Positions 26,496 to 36,270 are shown, numbered from the stretch's first letter. The stretch is 62,151 bases of DNA from Clostridia bacterium (GCA_045537705.1 JAZSPY010000117.1:1-62151); one strand, 5' to 3'. Notes: generated by a model from the sequence alone, not told the origin. Program-made: numbers and translations.

Positions 26496-26858
26496 ATGAC
26501 AACGCAAAGACAGTTAATACTAAACACCGTTAAAAATTGTTTTTGCCATCCCAATGCCACTGAGGTTTACGATATGGTAAGGCAGGAACACAGCATCTCA
26601 CTTGCAACAGTATATAACAGTTTAAACTTTTTATCCGATAACGGATATATAAAGCGCGTTGCCATTGCCGGCGAGGCTGACCGTTTTGACGGTAACATTT
26701 TAGAACATCAGCACGCCATATGTGATAAATGCGGTAAGGTTTTTGATGTTGAGGTTCATGATATTAAAGAAGAACTTCAAAAAAATTATGGCATAAAGAT
26801 AACGTCTTTTTCAATTAACTTGCACTGTGTTTGTCCACATTGCGCACAAAAAAATTAA
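26496..26858 (+). CDS. perR: Fur family transcriptional repressor, PerR-like
   Basis: 120 aa. A winged-helix region (ATVYNSLNFL), an HQH metal site, and CDKCGK plus CPHC structural Zn CxxC pairs. It sits directly upstream of rubrerythrin. Confidence 0.8.
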   Translation: MTTQRQLILNTVKNCFCHPNATEVYDMVRQEHSISLATVYNSLNFLSDNGYIKRVAIAGEADRFDGNILEHQHAICDKCGKVFDVEVHDIKEELQKNYGIKITSFSINLHCVCPHCAQKN

Positions 26859-26916
26859 AAAGCAGGTATAAACCTGATAAAAAATGATTATTATAAATTT
26901 TAGGAGGAATTTTAAA

Positions 26917-27453
26917 ATGGCAGAATTAAAAGGATCAAGAACAGAAGCTAATCTTCACGCAGCATTTGCCGGTGAATCACAGGCTCGCAACAAGTACACA
27001 TACTTTGCAAGCGTAGCAAAAAAGGAAGGCTTTGAGCAGATCGCAGCAATATTCCAGCAGACCGCTGATAACGAAAAAGAACACGCAAAAATGTGGTTCA
27101 AAGAATTAGGTGCTCTTGGTGATACAGCATCAAACCTTAAAGCAGCCGCAGAAGGCGAAAATTATGAATGGACAGATATGTACGCAACATTTGCTAAGGA
27201 AGCTGAAGAAGAAGGCTTTACAGCAATCGCAGCAAAATTCAGAATGGTTGCAGCTATTGAAAAAACACATGAAGAAAGATATCTTAAGCTTTTAAACAAT
27301 GTTGAAATGCAGCAGGTTTTTGAAAAGGCTGAAGAAACAATGTGGGAATGCCGTAACTGCGGTCACCTTGTAATCGGTAAAAAGGCACCTAAGGTTTGCC
27401 CCGTTTGCGTTCATCCACAAAGCTACTTTGAAATCAGAAAAGAAAACTACTAA
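26917..27453 (+). CDS. rbr: Rubrerythrin
   Basis: [13 protein letters not shown], with the diiron EXXH pair ([16 protein letters not shown]) and a C-terminal rubredoxin CRNCGH...CPVC. An AGGAGG RBS precedes the ATG at 26917. Confidence 0.92.
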   Translation: MAELKGSRTEANLHAAFAGESQARNKYTYFASVAKKEGFEQIAAIFQQTADNEKEHAKMWFKELGALGDTASNLKAAAEGENYEWTDMYATFAKEAEEEGFTAIAAKFRMVAAIEKTHEERYLKLLNNVEMQQVFEKAEETMWECRNCGHLVIGKKAPKVCPVCVHPQSYFEIRKENY

Positions 27454-27455
27454 AA

Positions 27456-27483
27456 TAAAAAACACCCGAAAGGGTGTTTTTTA
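27456..27483 (+). terminator. Intrinsic terminator after rbr
   Basis: Stem ACACCC-GAAA-GGGTGT followed by TTTTTT. Confidence 0.7.
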
Positions 27484-27532
27484 AGTAATAGGTAAGAAGT
27501 AATAAGTATAGTATGTTATGGGGAAATATGTT

Positions 27533-27736
27533 ATGTTAAAGTTACGTGTTCTTGATATTTTAGAAGAAAAAGGCAAAACAAAGTATTGGCTTTATAAGCA
27601 ATTAGGTATGAGTTATCAAAACTTTACTAAAATGGTAAATAACGAAACAAAATCAATTCGTTATGAAAACATTGAAACAATGTGTTTATTGCTTGAATGT
27701 ACGCCTAATGAACTTTTTGAAATTACAGAAGAATAA
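27533..27736 (+). CDS. Small XRE/Cro-type HTH transcriptional regulator
   Basis: About 67 aa. MLKLRVLDILEEKGKTKYWLYKQLGMSYQNFTKMV...LLECTPNELF is typical of stand-alone HTH_26-like proteins. An in-frame ATG at 27518 is a possible alternative start. Confidence 0.7.
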   Translation: MLKLRVLDILEEKGKTKYWLYKQLGMSYQNFTKMVNNETKSIRYENIETMCLLLECTPNELFEITEE

Positions 27737-27763
27737 AAAGATAGTGGCGTAGCCACACCTTAA

Positions 27764-27800
27764 TTATTCATCATTCATTATTCATTATTCATTATTCATT
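27764..27800. repeat. Heptamer tandem repeat (TTATTCA)x5
   Basis: TTATTCA TCATTCA TTATTCA TTATTCA TTATTCA TT, lying between the HTH gene and the shared terminator. Confidence 0.8.
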
Positions 27801-27831
27801 AAAAAAAGCACCGCTTTTGCGGTGCTTTTTA
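27801..27831. terminator. Bidirectional terminator (HTH gene / mntP)
   Basis: A7, then GCACCGC-TTTT-GCGGTGC, then T5. Confidence 0.75.
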
Positions 27832-27832
27832 T

Positions 27833-28414
27833 TTATCCGATTATTCCTGTTATAAAAATTTCAATACCAATAATTATTAAAATAAGTCCACCTAAAAGTG
27901 AGGCTTTATTTTTTAATTTTGTACCGAACTTTTTGCCGATAATTATTCCTACAAAACAGATGGCAAAAGTAATTAACGCAATTATTAAAGCCGTTACAAG
28001 CGCAGGCACAAAGGTATGTGTTGCGATGGTAAAACCAACGGAAAGGGCATCAATGCTTGTTGCCAGAGCCTGTACAAGTAATAAGCCGATACCAAGAGAT
28101 TTACTTTCCTGTTCTTCACACTTATTTTCAAAGCCTTCAATAAGCATTTTTCCGCCGATAAACACTAAAAGAACTAATGCTATCCAAGGTATAAACTTTT
28201 CAAACACCTTAAAATATTCTACCAACGTATGCACAAAAAACCAGCCAAGCAACGGCATTAAACCCTGGAACACAGCAAACATTCCTGCAACAAGAAGCAT
28301 TTTGTTTGTTCTCATTTTGCTTTCGTTAAGCCCGTTAGCAAGGGAAACTGAAAAGGCATCTGCCGCCAGCCCAACGCCAAGCATAGTTGCAGTAACATAG
28401 AAAGAAAATTTCAT
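27833..28414 (-). CDS. mntP: Manganese efflux pump MntP (DUF204)
   Basis: 193 aa with 6 TM helices. The duplicated motif DAFSVSLANG / DALSVGFT is characteristic of MntP. Confidence 0.85.
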   Translation of the reverse strand: MKFSFYVTATMLGVGLAADAFSVSLANGLNESKMRTNKMLLVAGMFAVFQGLMPLLGWFFVHTLVEYFKVFEKFIPWIALVLLVFIGGKMLIEGFENKCEEQESKSLGIGLLLVQALATSIDALSVGFTIATHTFVPALVTALIIALITFAICFVGIIIGKKFGTKLKNKASLLGGLILIIIGIEIFITGIIG

Positions 28415-28428
28415 AAAAACATCCTTTG

Positions 28429-29304
28429 TTACGTATTATTTGCAGAAAAAACATCTGCAACCTCTGTTATAGTTATAAATGCAGTTGGATCAACTTCATG
28501 CACGATCTCACGCATTTTTGTAACTTCAAATCTGTTAACAACAAAGTATATCATTGTTTTATTGTTGCCTGAATATCCGCCCTGCACATTGATCCTTGTC
28601 ATACCGCTTTCAAACTCCTTAGAAAGCACCTGGCAAAGTTCATCAGGTTTAACTGTTATAATCATAGCACACTTTGAACGGTCAAAACCTTCAACAATAT
28701 AGTCAACAGTTTTTAATGCCGCCATATAGGTTACGATTGAATAAAGGGGGAGTATCCAGCTTTCAATAACCATGCCGCAAATAATATATAAAGCAACGTT
28801 ATATATCATCACAAACGTGCCAACTGAGATGCCGATTCTTTTTGCAAATATTACCGCCATGACCTCAATGCCGTCCATTGCTCCGTCAAAACGAATAGCC
28901 AGACCGCTGCCAATACCCGATATCATACCGCCAAACAGGGCACAAAGTAGAAGATCGCTTTTTGCAATAGGTGAAGCAAAGCTTACATCAACGGGTAAAA
29001 CATCTATTATCAGCCAGGAACATATTGAGTATATAATAACAGTATAAATGGCATACAATGTAAAAAGTTTACCTTGTTTTTTTAAACCGTACAAAAACAA
29101 AGGCACATTTAAAATAACAAGCCACAAAGACAAGGATACGGGTGCTACCTGTGAAAGAAGCATTGATGTACCTGAAATGCCACTATCGTAAAGTTTAACC
29201 GGCGAAAGAAATACGGTTACACCGATGGAGTTTATTATTCCTGCAACGGTAAGCATAAGAATATTTATTATTTTTATTCTTTTAAGCCTGTTAATAAACT
29301 TCAT
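28429..29304 (-). CDS. YitT family membrane protein (DUF161 x2 + DUF2179)
   Basis: A multi-TM N-terminal part is followed by a C-terminal soluble domain (ITVKPDE...VNRFEV..MREIVHEVDP.AFITI). The ATG at 29304 lies behind AAAGGTGAGG. A GTG at 29313 is also possible. Confidence 0.8.
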   Translation of the reverse strand: MKFINRLKRIKIINILMLTVAGIINSIGVTVFLSPVKLYDSGISGTSMLLSQVAPVSLSLWLVILNVPLFLYGLKKQGKLFTLYAIYTVIIYSICSWLIIDVLPVDVSFASPIAKSDLLLCALFGGMISGIGSGLAIRFDGAMDGIEVMAVIFAKRIGISVGTFVMIYNVALYIICGMVIESWILPLYSIVTYMAALKTVDYIVEGFDRSKCAMIITVKPDELCQVLSKEFESGMTRINVQGGYSGNNKTMIYFVVNRFEVTKMREIVHEVDPTAFITITEVADVFSANNT

Positions 29305-29316
29305 AAACCTCACCTT

Positions 29317-30747
29317 TTATAACATTCTGTTATTTTGCCTTGCAGAAGAACTTCTTCTACGCCTTTCTATTCCATTTTTCTGCCTTGCACGAATGCGCAT
29401 TGCCTGTTTTTTCTTTAAGTAAATAAATCCAAACACCAATGCACTTAAACCAACTATTAAAATTAATGGAATTAAAAAATACTTGCTTGTTAAAAAGCCG
29501 AACGAAACCCTTATTTTGCCTTTAATTCCAAGGGGCACAAGATCCTTAGGGCTTTCAATTTCTGCATCAACGGTACGGGAAGCAAGGGCAGGGGCTGAAT
29601 AGATAACCTGGTTATCATAAACAAACTCAACCACGCCAACCTGATTTCCTGCTTGAACAGGTGCGTTAACCACAGGATATCTGATAGATATGGTGTTTTC
29701 ATCAAAGGTGCGGATTTTTGTGCCTTCAGATTTTGAAAGAGTTAAAAACTTTTCTTCTTGGGAATGATCAAGATACAATTCCAACTGGCCGTTGGATTCA
29801 TCCGTTAAAGAAGCGTTTTGAAGATCAACAACTATTTTTTTAGAAGAAAAAACTTCTTGAAGATTTAAAGTGTCAAAACTTTTAAGACCGTAGTTCATAA
29901 GTGCGCGCATATCGCTATCGCGCATCTTGGCATCGCAGTTTGCAACAATTGCAACCAATCTTCTGCCATCTTTTTCATAATACCCCGAAAGGCAATTGCC
30001 CGCAAGGTTAGTGTAACCTGTTTTTATACCTTTAAAGCCTTCAAAATAATCTGCCCTGTTTTTGTTTATCATATTATTGGTGTTATAAACGGTTTGCTCA
30101 CTTGGGGCATTCATATCACCTTTAGGATAAATGGTCATTGTATATTTTACGCTTGAAAAAATCTTTACAAGTTCTTCATTTTCACAAAGGGCTTCGCTTA
30201 AAAGCGCAAGATCGTAAGGGGTTGTATAATGACCATCAGCATCAAATCCGTGGGCGTTTTTAAAAGAAGATTTGTTCATGCCCAGCTCTTTTGCTTTATC
30301 ATTCATTAAAAGGGCAAAGTTCTGTTCGTTGCCTGAAACAATATAAGCAAGCGCCTTTGCTGCATCGTTGCCGGAAGGAAGCATCATACCGTAATAAAGA
30401 TCTTTTATGCTTACTTTATCCCCTGCGTTTAAGTTGGCACTTGATGAGCCCTTTGGCACTTCAATCATTTCTTGCGTTAAACTAACAATTTCGTTTTGCC
30501 TATCCTTTGTTTGTTCCCAGGCTACAAGAAGCGTCATCATCTTTGTTAAACTGGCAGGGCGGATAGCAACATCAGAATACCTTTTATATAAAATCGTATC
30601 GGTATCAAGATCAATTAAAATCGCACCCTTTGCGGTTATGTTAAGAGATTGTCCTGTTGCTAAATCATTATATGCATAAACAGGCGTTATAAGAATAAAC
30701 AACGCTAATATAAGGCATATAAGTTTTTTAAAGAATTTATTAAACAT
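29317..30747 (-). CDS. D-alanyl-D-alanine carboxypeptidase (S11, PBP5/DacB-like) with C-terminal TM anchor
   Basis: Signal peptide, SxxK (ASLTKMMT), SGN (PSGNDAA) and KTG (IKTGYT). The C-terminal TM is followed by an Arg-rich tail. The ATG at 30747 has a GGAG RBS. Confidence 0.85.
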   Translation of the reverse strand: MFNKFFKKLICLILALFILITPVYAYNDLATGQSLNITAKGAILIDLDTDTILYKRYSDVAIRPASLTKMMTLLVAWEQTKDRQNEIVSLTQEMIEVPKGSSSANLNAGDKVSIKDLYYGMMLPSGNDAAKALAYIVSGNEQNFALLMNDKAKELGMNKSSFKNAHGFDADGHYTTPYDLALLSEALCENEELVKIFSSVKYTMTIYPKGDMNAPSEQTVYNTNNMINKNRADYFEGFKGIKTGYTNLAGNCLSGYYEKDGRRLVAIVANCDAKMRDSDMRALMNYGLKSFDTLNLQEVFSSKKIVVDLQNASLTDESNGQLELYLDHSQEEKFLTLSKSEGTKIRTFDENTISIRYPVVNAPVQAGNQVGVVEFVYDNQVIYSAPALASRTVDAEIESPKDLVPLGIKGKIRVSFGFLTSKYFLIPLILIVGLSALVFGFIYLKKKQAMRIRARQKNGIERRRRSSSARQNNRML

Positions 30748-30907
30748 ATACTTGCTCCACAAATTTACTCATTTTAAAGTATAAATTATCAGGCGGTTTT
30801 TGTAAACCCCTTTTTAATATATTTAATATATTTATATCTAATATATTTGCATTTCTTTTTCAAAAGTGATATACTATTCTTAATATTATATTGGAGAATT
30901 GTTACTT

Positions 30908-31786
30908 ATGGACAGCGTTAATATTCTTGCGCCTGCAAAAATAAACTGGACTTTAGACATTTTATCGGTAGATGAAAGAAATTATCATTTACTTGATATG
31001 CTTATGCAGCGCATCACCCTTTACGATAATGTAAAAATAAAAAAGCAGCCATCAGGCATCAATCTTAACACCAGCCTTAGATGGTTGCCTAATGATGAAC
31101 GCAACACCGCCTATTTAAGTGCAAAACTGTTTTTTGAAAAAACAGGTATCAACGAAGGCTGTGAAATTTTTATAAAAAAAGCTATTCCTTCAGGGGCAGG
31201 CCTGGCAGGTGGAAGCGCCGATGCCGCCGCAGTATTAAAAGGGCTTAACGTTCTTTTTAACAACCCTTTAAATCAATCGGAACTTTCTGAACTTGCTTTA
31301 AAAATCGGGGCAGACGTTCCTTTTATGTTAAGAAGCGGTTTGTATAGGGCAAAAGGTATAGGCGAAAAATTAAATAAACTTCCTGATGCACCTGAAATTC
31401 CTTTATTGTTAGTTATGTCAAAGCGTGAATCTGCTTCCACAAAAAAGGTGTATTCTGCTTACGATACCATTGGCTCAACCGTTCGCCCCCAAACCGATAA
31501 CTTTATAAAAGCGCTTCAAAATTATGATTTTGAAAAAATGCGTGAGGCCGGTGGCAACGTTTTAACTGAAAGTGCCATTACTATTGCACCAAGCATTTTA
31601 AAAAACATCGCAAGATTAAAAAATACTTGTGCCCGCTTTGTTTCTATGACAGGCTCAGGCGCTGTAGTTTTCGCTGCATTTGAAACTATTGACCAAGCTA
31701 AAAAAGCACGTGAAGATTTTAAAGATTGCTGGACCTGTGTTTGCAAATCTACCCCATGGGGCATCAGAATTAAGGAGGACCTTTAA
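30908..31786 (+). CDS. ispE: 4-diphosphocytidyl-2-C-methyl-D-erythritol kinase
   Basis: APAKINWTLDI and the GHMP motif IPSGAGLAGGSADAAA. Confidence 0.9.
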   Translation: MDSVNILAPAKINWTLDILSVDERNYHLLDMLMQRITLYDNVKIKKQPSGINLNTSLRWLPNDERNTAYLSAKLFFEKTGINEGCEIFIKKAIPSGAGLAGGSADAAAVLKGLNVLFNNPLNQSELSELALKIGADVPFMLRSGLYRAKGIGEKLNKLPDAPEIPLLLVMSKRESASTKKVYSAYDTIGSTVRPQTDNFIKALQNYDFEKMREAGGNVLTESAITIAPSILKNIARLKNTCARFVSMTGSGAVVFAAFETIDQAKKAREDFKDCWTCVCKSTPWGIRIKEDL

Positions 31787-32667
31787 TGTCAGTTTTAAAA
31801 ACAGGCGTTTTGTTTGAAGATTTTTTAGGCATAAGCGGTTTTGATGTTTACTGGTATGGTGTTTTAATCGCCTTTGGCTTTTTGCTTGCCTTTATAAACA
31901 CTTCATTTTTATGTAAAAAACGCGGATATCCAAACGATTTAACCGTTGATATGCTTATAATTTGCATAATCGGTGCAATTGTTGGAGCAAGAACTTATTA
32001 CGTTATTTTTCAGTGGGACAGTTATTTTGTTCCGGGCAACTTTGGTTTAACCCTTCAAAGAATTATTGATATTCGCCAGGGCGGACTTGCCATTTACGGT
32101 GGTATTATCGGCTGTGTTATAGGGCTTTTGATTTATGCCAGACGCAAAAAAATGAAGTGGCTTTCCCTTTTAGACGTTTGCGCAGGAAGTCTTGCATTAG
32201 GGCAGGCAATAGGCAGATGGGGTAATTTCTTTAACCAGGAAGCCCACGGCGCCATGGTTAAAAATCCTTCCTTGCAGTTTTTCCCTTATGCAGTATATTT
32301 AGATTCCCCTAAAGGAACAGAACCTGCAGGCTGGTATCAGGCAACTTTCTTTTATGAATCCATGTGGTGCCTGTTAATCTTTGCAGTTTTATTTTTACTG
32401 TTCTTTAAACAAAAATATTATGGTCAGATTACCTTAACCTATCTTGCCCTTTACGGTTTTGAAAGGGGCATAGTTGAATGGCTGAGAACCGACCAGTTAA
32501 CTATCGGCACTGTTCCGGTTTCTGCAATACTTTCAATTGTTTTATGTGTTTTTGCAACCGTAACTTTAATAATTTTAGCAATAAAAAAATATGAACAGCC
32601 CATTCCTTTTATAAAAGAAGGTGCAAAGGAGAAAAAAACAAATGCGCAACTTAACAATGATGACTGA
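31786..32667 (+). CDS. lgt: Prolipoprotein diacylglyceryl transferase
   Basis: YWYGVLIAFGF, GARTYYV, GGLAIYGG and GRWGNFFNQEAHG. TAATG overlap with ispE. Confidence 0.92.
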   Translation: MSVLKTGVLFEDFLGISGFDVYWYGVLIAFGFLLAFINTSFLCKKRGYPNDLTVDMLIICIIGAIVGARTYYVIFQWDSYFVPGNFGLTLQRIIDIRQGGLAIYGGIIGCVIGLLIYARRKKMKWLSLLDVCAGSLALGQAIGRWGNFFNQEAHGAMVKNPSLQFFPYAVYLDSPKGTEPAGWYQATFFYESMWCLLIFAVLFLLFFKQKYYGQITLTYLALYGFERGIVEWLRTDQLTIGTVPVSAILSIVLCVFATVTLIILAIKKYEQPIPFIKEGAKEKKTNAQLNNDD

Positions 32668-34084
32668 CCTTTATCAGCTTACTATGATGAACGGTTACTT
32701 AAAGCACGGAATGAAAGATAACCTTGCTGTTTTTGATTTATTCTTTCGCCCGCTAATGAACCATAGTGTTTATGCAATAATGGCAGGGCTTGAACAAGCC
32801 ATTGAATACGTTGAAAATCTTCATTTTTCTGAAGAAGATCTTCAATATCTTCGTTCCCTTAATATCTTTGGCGAAGATTTTATTGATTATTTAAAAGATT
32901 TTAAGTTCACAGGCGAAATTTATGCTGTTGAAGAAGGTACTCCTGTTTTCCCAAGAGAGCCTTTAATCCGAGTTAAAGCGCCCATTATGGAAGCGCAGTT
33001 AATGGAAACTGCACTTTTAAACATTATCAACCACCAAACGTTAATTGCCACAAAGGCTTCTAAGGTTGTTACCGCTGCTGAAGGCAAGCGTGTTTTAGAA
33101 TTCGGTTTAAGGCGCGCACAAGGTCCCGATGCAGGCATTTACGGCGCCCGTGCCGCTATGGTTGGCGGTTGCGATGGCACAAGTAACGTACTTACCGGTC
33201 AGTTGTTTGACGTTTCCGTTGGCGGAACCCATGCACATTCCTGGGTAATGTCCTTTCCTGATGAATTAACTGCATTCAGGGCTTATGCGGATATGTATCC
33301 AAGCGGTTGCCTGTTGCTTGTTGATACATACAACACCTTAAAAAGCGGTGTTCCCAACGCTATTACCGTATTTAAGGAATTACGTGAAAAAGGCTATGAG
33401 CCTGTTGGTATCCGTTTAGATTCAGGTGACCTTGCCTATTTATCAAAACGTGCAAGAAAGATGCTTGATGAAGCAGGCTTTGAAAACGCTAAGATTTTTG
33501 CTTCAGGCGATTTAGATGAAAAAGTTATCTGGGACCTTAAAATGCAAGGTGCCAAGTTAGATGTTTTCGGTGTTGGCACAAAATTAATTACAAGTGATGA
33601 TATGCCTGCTTTAGGCGGTGTTTATAAACTTGCAGCTGAAATCGTTAACGGCGAAATGATACCTAAAATCAAGGTAAGCGAAAATCCCATAAAAGTTACG
33701 AACCCCGGCTATAAACAAGTTTACCGTTTGATTTCCAAAGAAGACAACAAGGCTTATGCCGATTTAATTACCTTAGATGATGAAGTTATTGATGAAACTA
33801 AACCTTTAACCATCTTTGACCCTGTTGACACCTGGAAAAAGATGACCATAGAAGATTTTTATGCAGTTCCCCTTTTAAAACCGATCTTTATTGATGGCAA
33901 AAAGGTTTATAATTCGCCAAGCATAAAAGAAATTCAGAAAAACTATTTTAAACAAATGGACGTTTTGTGGGATGAATACAAACGTTTAACCAAGCCCCAC
34001 GTTTATAAGGTTGACCTTTCACAAAAATTATATGATTTAAAGCATGCGCTACTTGAAAACGCATCCAAAGGAGATAAAAAATGA
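32642..34084 (+). CDS. pncB: Nicotinate phosphoribosyltransferase
   Basis: TDLYQLTMMNGY, FGLRRAQG, GTSN, GTHAHSW and IRLDSGDL. An AAGGAG RBS lies 10 nt before the ATG at 32642. The gene overlaps the lgt 3' end. Confidence 0.9.
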   Translation: MRNLTMMTDLYQLTMMNGYLKHGMKDNLAVFDLFFRPLMNHSVYAIMAGLEQAIEYVENLHFSEEDLQYLRSLNIFGEDFIDYLKDFKFTGEIYAVEEGTPVFPREPLIRVKAPIMEAQLMETALLNIINHQTLIATKASKVVTAAEGKRVLEFGLRRAQGPDAGIYGARAAMVGGCDGTSNVLTGQLFDVSVGGTHAHSWVMSFPDELTAFRAYADMYPSGCLLLVDTYNTLKSGVPNAITVFKELREKGYEPVGIRLDSGDLAYLSKRARKMLDEAGFENAKIFASGDLDEKVIWDLKMQGAKLDVFGVGTKLITSDDMPALGGVYKLAAEIVNGEMIPKIKVSENPIKVTNPGYKQVYRLISKEDNKAYADLITLDDEVIDETKPLTIFDPVDTWKKMTIEDFYAVPLLKPIFIDGKKVYNSPSIKEIQKNYFKQMDVLWDEYKRLTKPHVYKVDLSQKLYDLKHALLENASKGDKK

Positions 34085-34647
34085 GTTTAAAAGCATTTAT
34101 GGGCAAATACAAAAAAAAGGAAGTTGACGCGTTTTTATGTGATTTACAAGAACGCCATCAAGATGAAATTGCATCACTTACCAACACAATTGCTTCTTTA
34201 AAGGAAGAAATTGCACGTTTAAAAGAAGAAAACGACGTTCATAAAAAGAACGAAAGCGTTATTTCACAGGTTATGTTTGATGCTACTAAAAAGGCGCAGG
34301 AGATTGAAGAAGATTATCGCAGGCGCGCTGATGAATCCGATGCCGCTTGCCAGAAATTACACGATGAATGGGTTACAGGCATGCAATCTGCAACTCTTAA
34401 CCTTCAAAAATTAAGGGAAGAAGCAAAGAATATTCTTGATAATATTGACGGTCAGTTTTCATCCCTTTGCGCTTGGGCAGATAGTCGTCTTGATTCCCTT
34501 AAAAATGCTTCTTTGCCCTCTGCAACCAATGAAGAAAGTATTGAATCCCAGATTTTAAAAGGAGCCGACACCGATTTAGGTGAAATTTGCAAAGAAATGG
34601 GTTTATCTGAAGATGAAAGCCAAGAAGAATCTGAATCCGACAACTAA
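34081..34647 (+). CDS. DivIVA-domain coiled-coil protein with acidic tail
   Basis: The N-terminus F.GKYKKKEVDAFL resembles the DivIVA/GpsB lipid-binding motif. It is followed by heptad-rich coiled coil and a C-terminal EDESQEESESDN tail. ATGA overlap with pncB. Confidence 0.6.
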   Translation: MSLKAFMGKYKKKEVDAFLCDLQERHQDEIASLTNTIASLKEEIARLKEENDVHKKNESVISQVMFDATKKAQEIEEDYRRRADESDAACQKLHDEWVTGMQSATLNLQKLREEAKNILDNIDGQFSSLCAWADSRLDSLKNASLPSATNEESIESQILKGADTDLGEICKEMGLSEDESQEESESDN

Positions 34648-36253
34648 AGCAGGGCTTGTTGTTCTTTCAGGCGCTTTAACCGTTGTTTTATTGATAACGG
34701 GTATTTTGTGCTACCAGCATTTTTCAAGGGTTGGTTATTTAAGCACAGGCGAGCATCCTTTTGCAAACGCTTTAGTAGAAAAAATAAATATTCTGCCGTA
34801 TTTTAAAGATGGGCATATCTATTATTATCAAAACGGCACAAAAACTTTAGTTGCAAAGAACGTTTACGATCCTAATGCCGAAGACCCTATTTTATCGGCA
34901 GATTATGCCATTGATAAAAATAGCGGCAAAATGCTTTACGTAAGCGAAGGTTCATTATATTTATTCAATAATGGCATAACTACGTTAATCGGAAACAACG
35001 TTACTTCCTGGCGCACAAGCGAAGGAATGAAAACTATTTCCTTTACTACGCCCTGGCATAATTTAAGCGATAGGGGAATGTTGTTTTTATATAAGGATGG
35101 CGAAACCGTTGCTGTTGATACTGACGTTTTATCTGCAACAGTAAGATTTTCGCAAAACGGCGAGTATCTGTTTTACGAAAAACCTAACGCTTACCCTGAA
35201 ATCCGTTCTAAACTTTATAAATACTCTATACAAGGGCACAAAACTCTTGTGCACGATAGTTCTTATTCTGTTCTTTGGTTAAATGATGACGGCTCAACCG
35301 CTGTTACAGGCGAGAATATTGATGATGGTGTTTACACCTATCGTATTTTTACTAAAAACCTTAAAAAGCAGAAAGTGTTTGAAAACGTTTATTATTCTGA
35401 CGTTACCGATGATAAAAGCATCATTTATATGCTTTATAACTACGATTACAATACTTTTTCAGGCACGTTAATTGCAGTTGATCTTAACACTTTAAAAATC
35501 AAAGAAATTGCAAAAAACGTTAGCTTTTTTGATATTTCTGTTGTAACCGACGCTTCAAAAGGTGTGGTTTACAGTGTCAGAACCGATACAGAAAGCGATC
35601 TTTTTTCCATATACTTTGGTAGTATCTTGGGCAAAAACACCCGCTTAATCCACAACACTACCGAAGACAGCCTTTATAACGTTATTATTAACAGCGATTT
35701 AATGGAAGGTTACGTGCTTTCCCTTGGCGCAACAAGAATGGATGGGGGAATTTATAGTATCAAATGGGACAAAAACGACCTTGTTACCAACCGCATTGCT
35801 TCTGGCAACGTTGATAACCTTGTTTACTATGAAAAAACCCATGGTATAACCTTTGTTAAAAACCCTGATGGCACCAAAGCAGAGCTGTATTTCACGGACT
35901 TTTCGGGAAATGTAGAGTTAATAACAAACAACTGTGGCGTACAGTATCAAGGTGGCACACAAACCTATCAAAGTTCCTGTGTTTTATCTGAAAACGGTGA
36001 AAAAACGCTGTATTTTACCGATATCAAAACAGGCAAAACTACTGTTGACATAAGCGGCACGCTTTTTATAAACGAAAAAGAAATTTCCGATAACGTTTCT
36101 TCCGGATATATGGAAGCACCTATTACCGACAAAACGTTTTCAGAGGTATTTTTCCTTAAAAAACAGGATGAAAAAATGGATCTTTATCTGTTTAACGAAA
36201 ACGAAACCGTTTTAATTGATTCCTCCGTTCAGGGAGTAATTCAGCTTACTTAA
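34613..36253 (+). CDS. Single-pass membrane protein with large extracytoplasmic beta-rich (propeller-like) domain, unknown function
   Basis: The N-terminal TM is AGLVVLSGALTVVLLITGILCY. About 500 aa follow with repeated aromatic/Gly/Asp-rich beta-strand patterns. The start is uncertain (GTG 34580 or ATG 34613), and either overlaps the preceding gene. Confidence 0.55.
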   Translation: MKAKKNLNPTTKAGLVVLSGALTVVLLITGILCYQHFSRVGYLSTGEHPFANALVEKINILPYFKDGHIYYYQNGTKTLVAKNVYDPNAEDPILSADYAIDKNSGKMLYVSEGSLYLFNNGITTLIGNNVTSWRTSEGMKTISFTTPWHNLSDRGMLFLYKDGETVAVDTDVLSATVRFSQNGEYLFYEKPNAYPEIRSKLYKYSIQGHKTLVHDSSYSVLWLNDDGSTAVTGENIDDGVYTYRIFTKNLKKQKVFENVYYSDVTDDKSIIYMLYNYDYNTFSGTLIAVDLNTLKIKEIAKNVSFFDISVVTDASKGVVYSVRTDTESDLFSIYFGSILGKNTRLIHNTTEDSLYNVIINSDLMEGYVLSLGATRMDGGIYSIKWDKNDLVTNRIASGNVDNLVYYEKTHGITFVKNPDGTKAELYFTDFSGNVELITNNCGVQYQGGTQTYQSSCVLSENGEKTLYFTDIKTGKTTVDISGTLFINEKEISDNVSSGYMEAPITDKTFSEVFFLKKQDEKMDLYLFNENETVLIDSSVQGVIQLT

Positions 36254-36270
36254 AAAAAGGACGTGATATC

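Noticed and set aside
27822-28400. 192-aa ORF on the plus strand that mirrors almost the whole mntP gene
   Set aside because: The minus-strand product has the duplicated DUF204/MntP motifs, an RBS (AAGGATG) and 6 clean TM helices. The plus-strand product is a low-complexity Pro/Ile/Ser-rich antisense shadow with no RBS.
28415-28428. Expected yybP-ykoY Mn riboswitch upstream of mntP
   Set aside because: Only 14 nt separate mntP from the preceding yitT-like gene, so there is no room for a riboswitch. mntP appears to be co-transcribed with the dacB-like and yitT-like genes.
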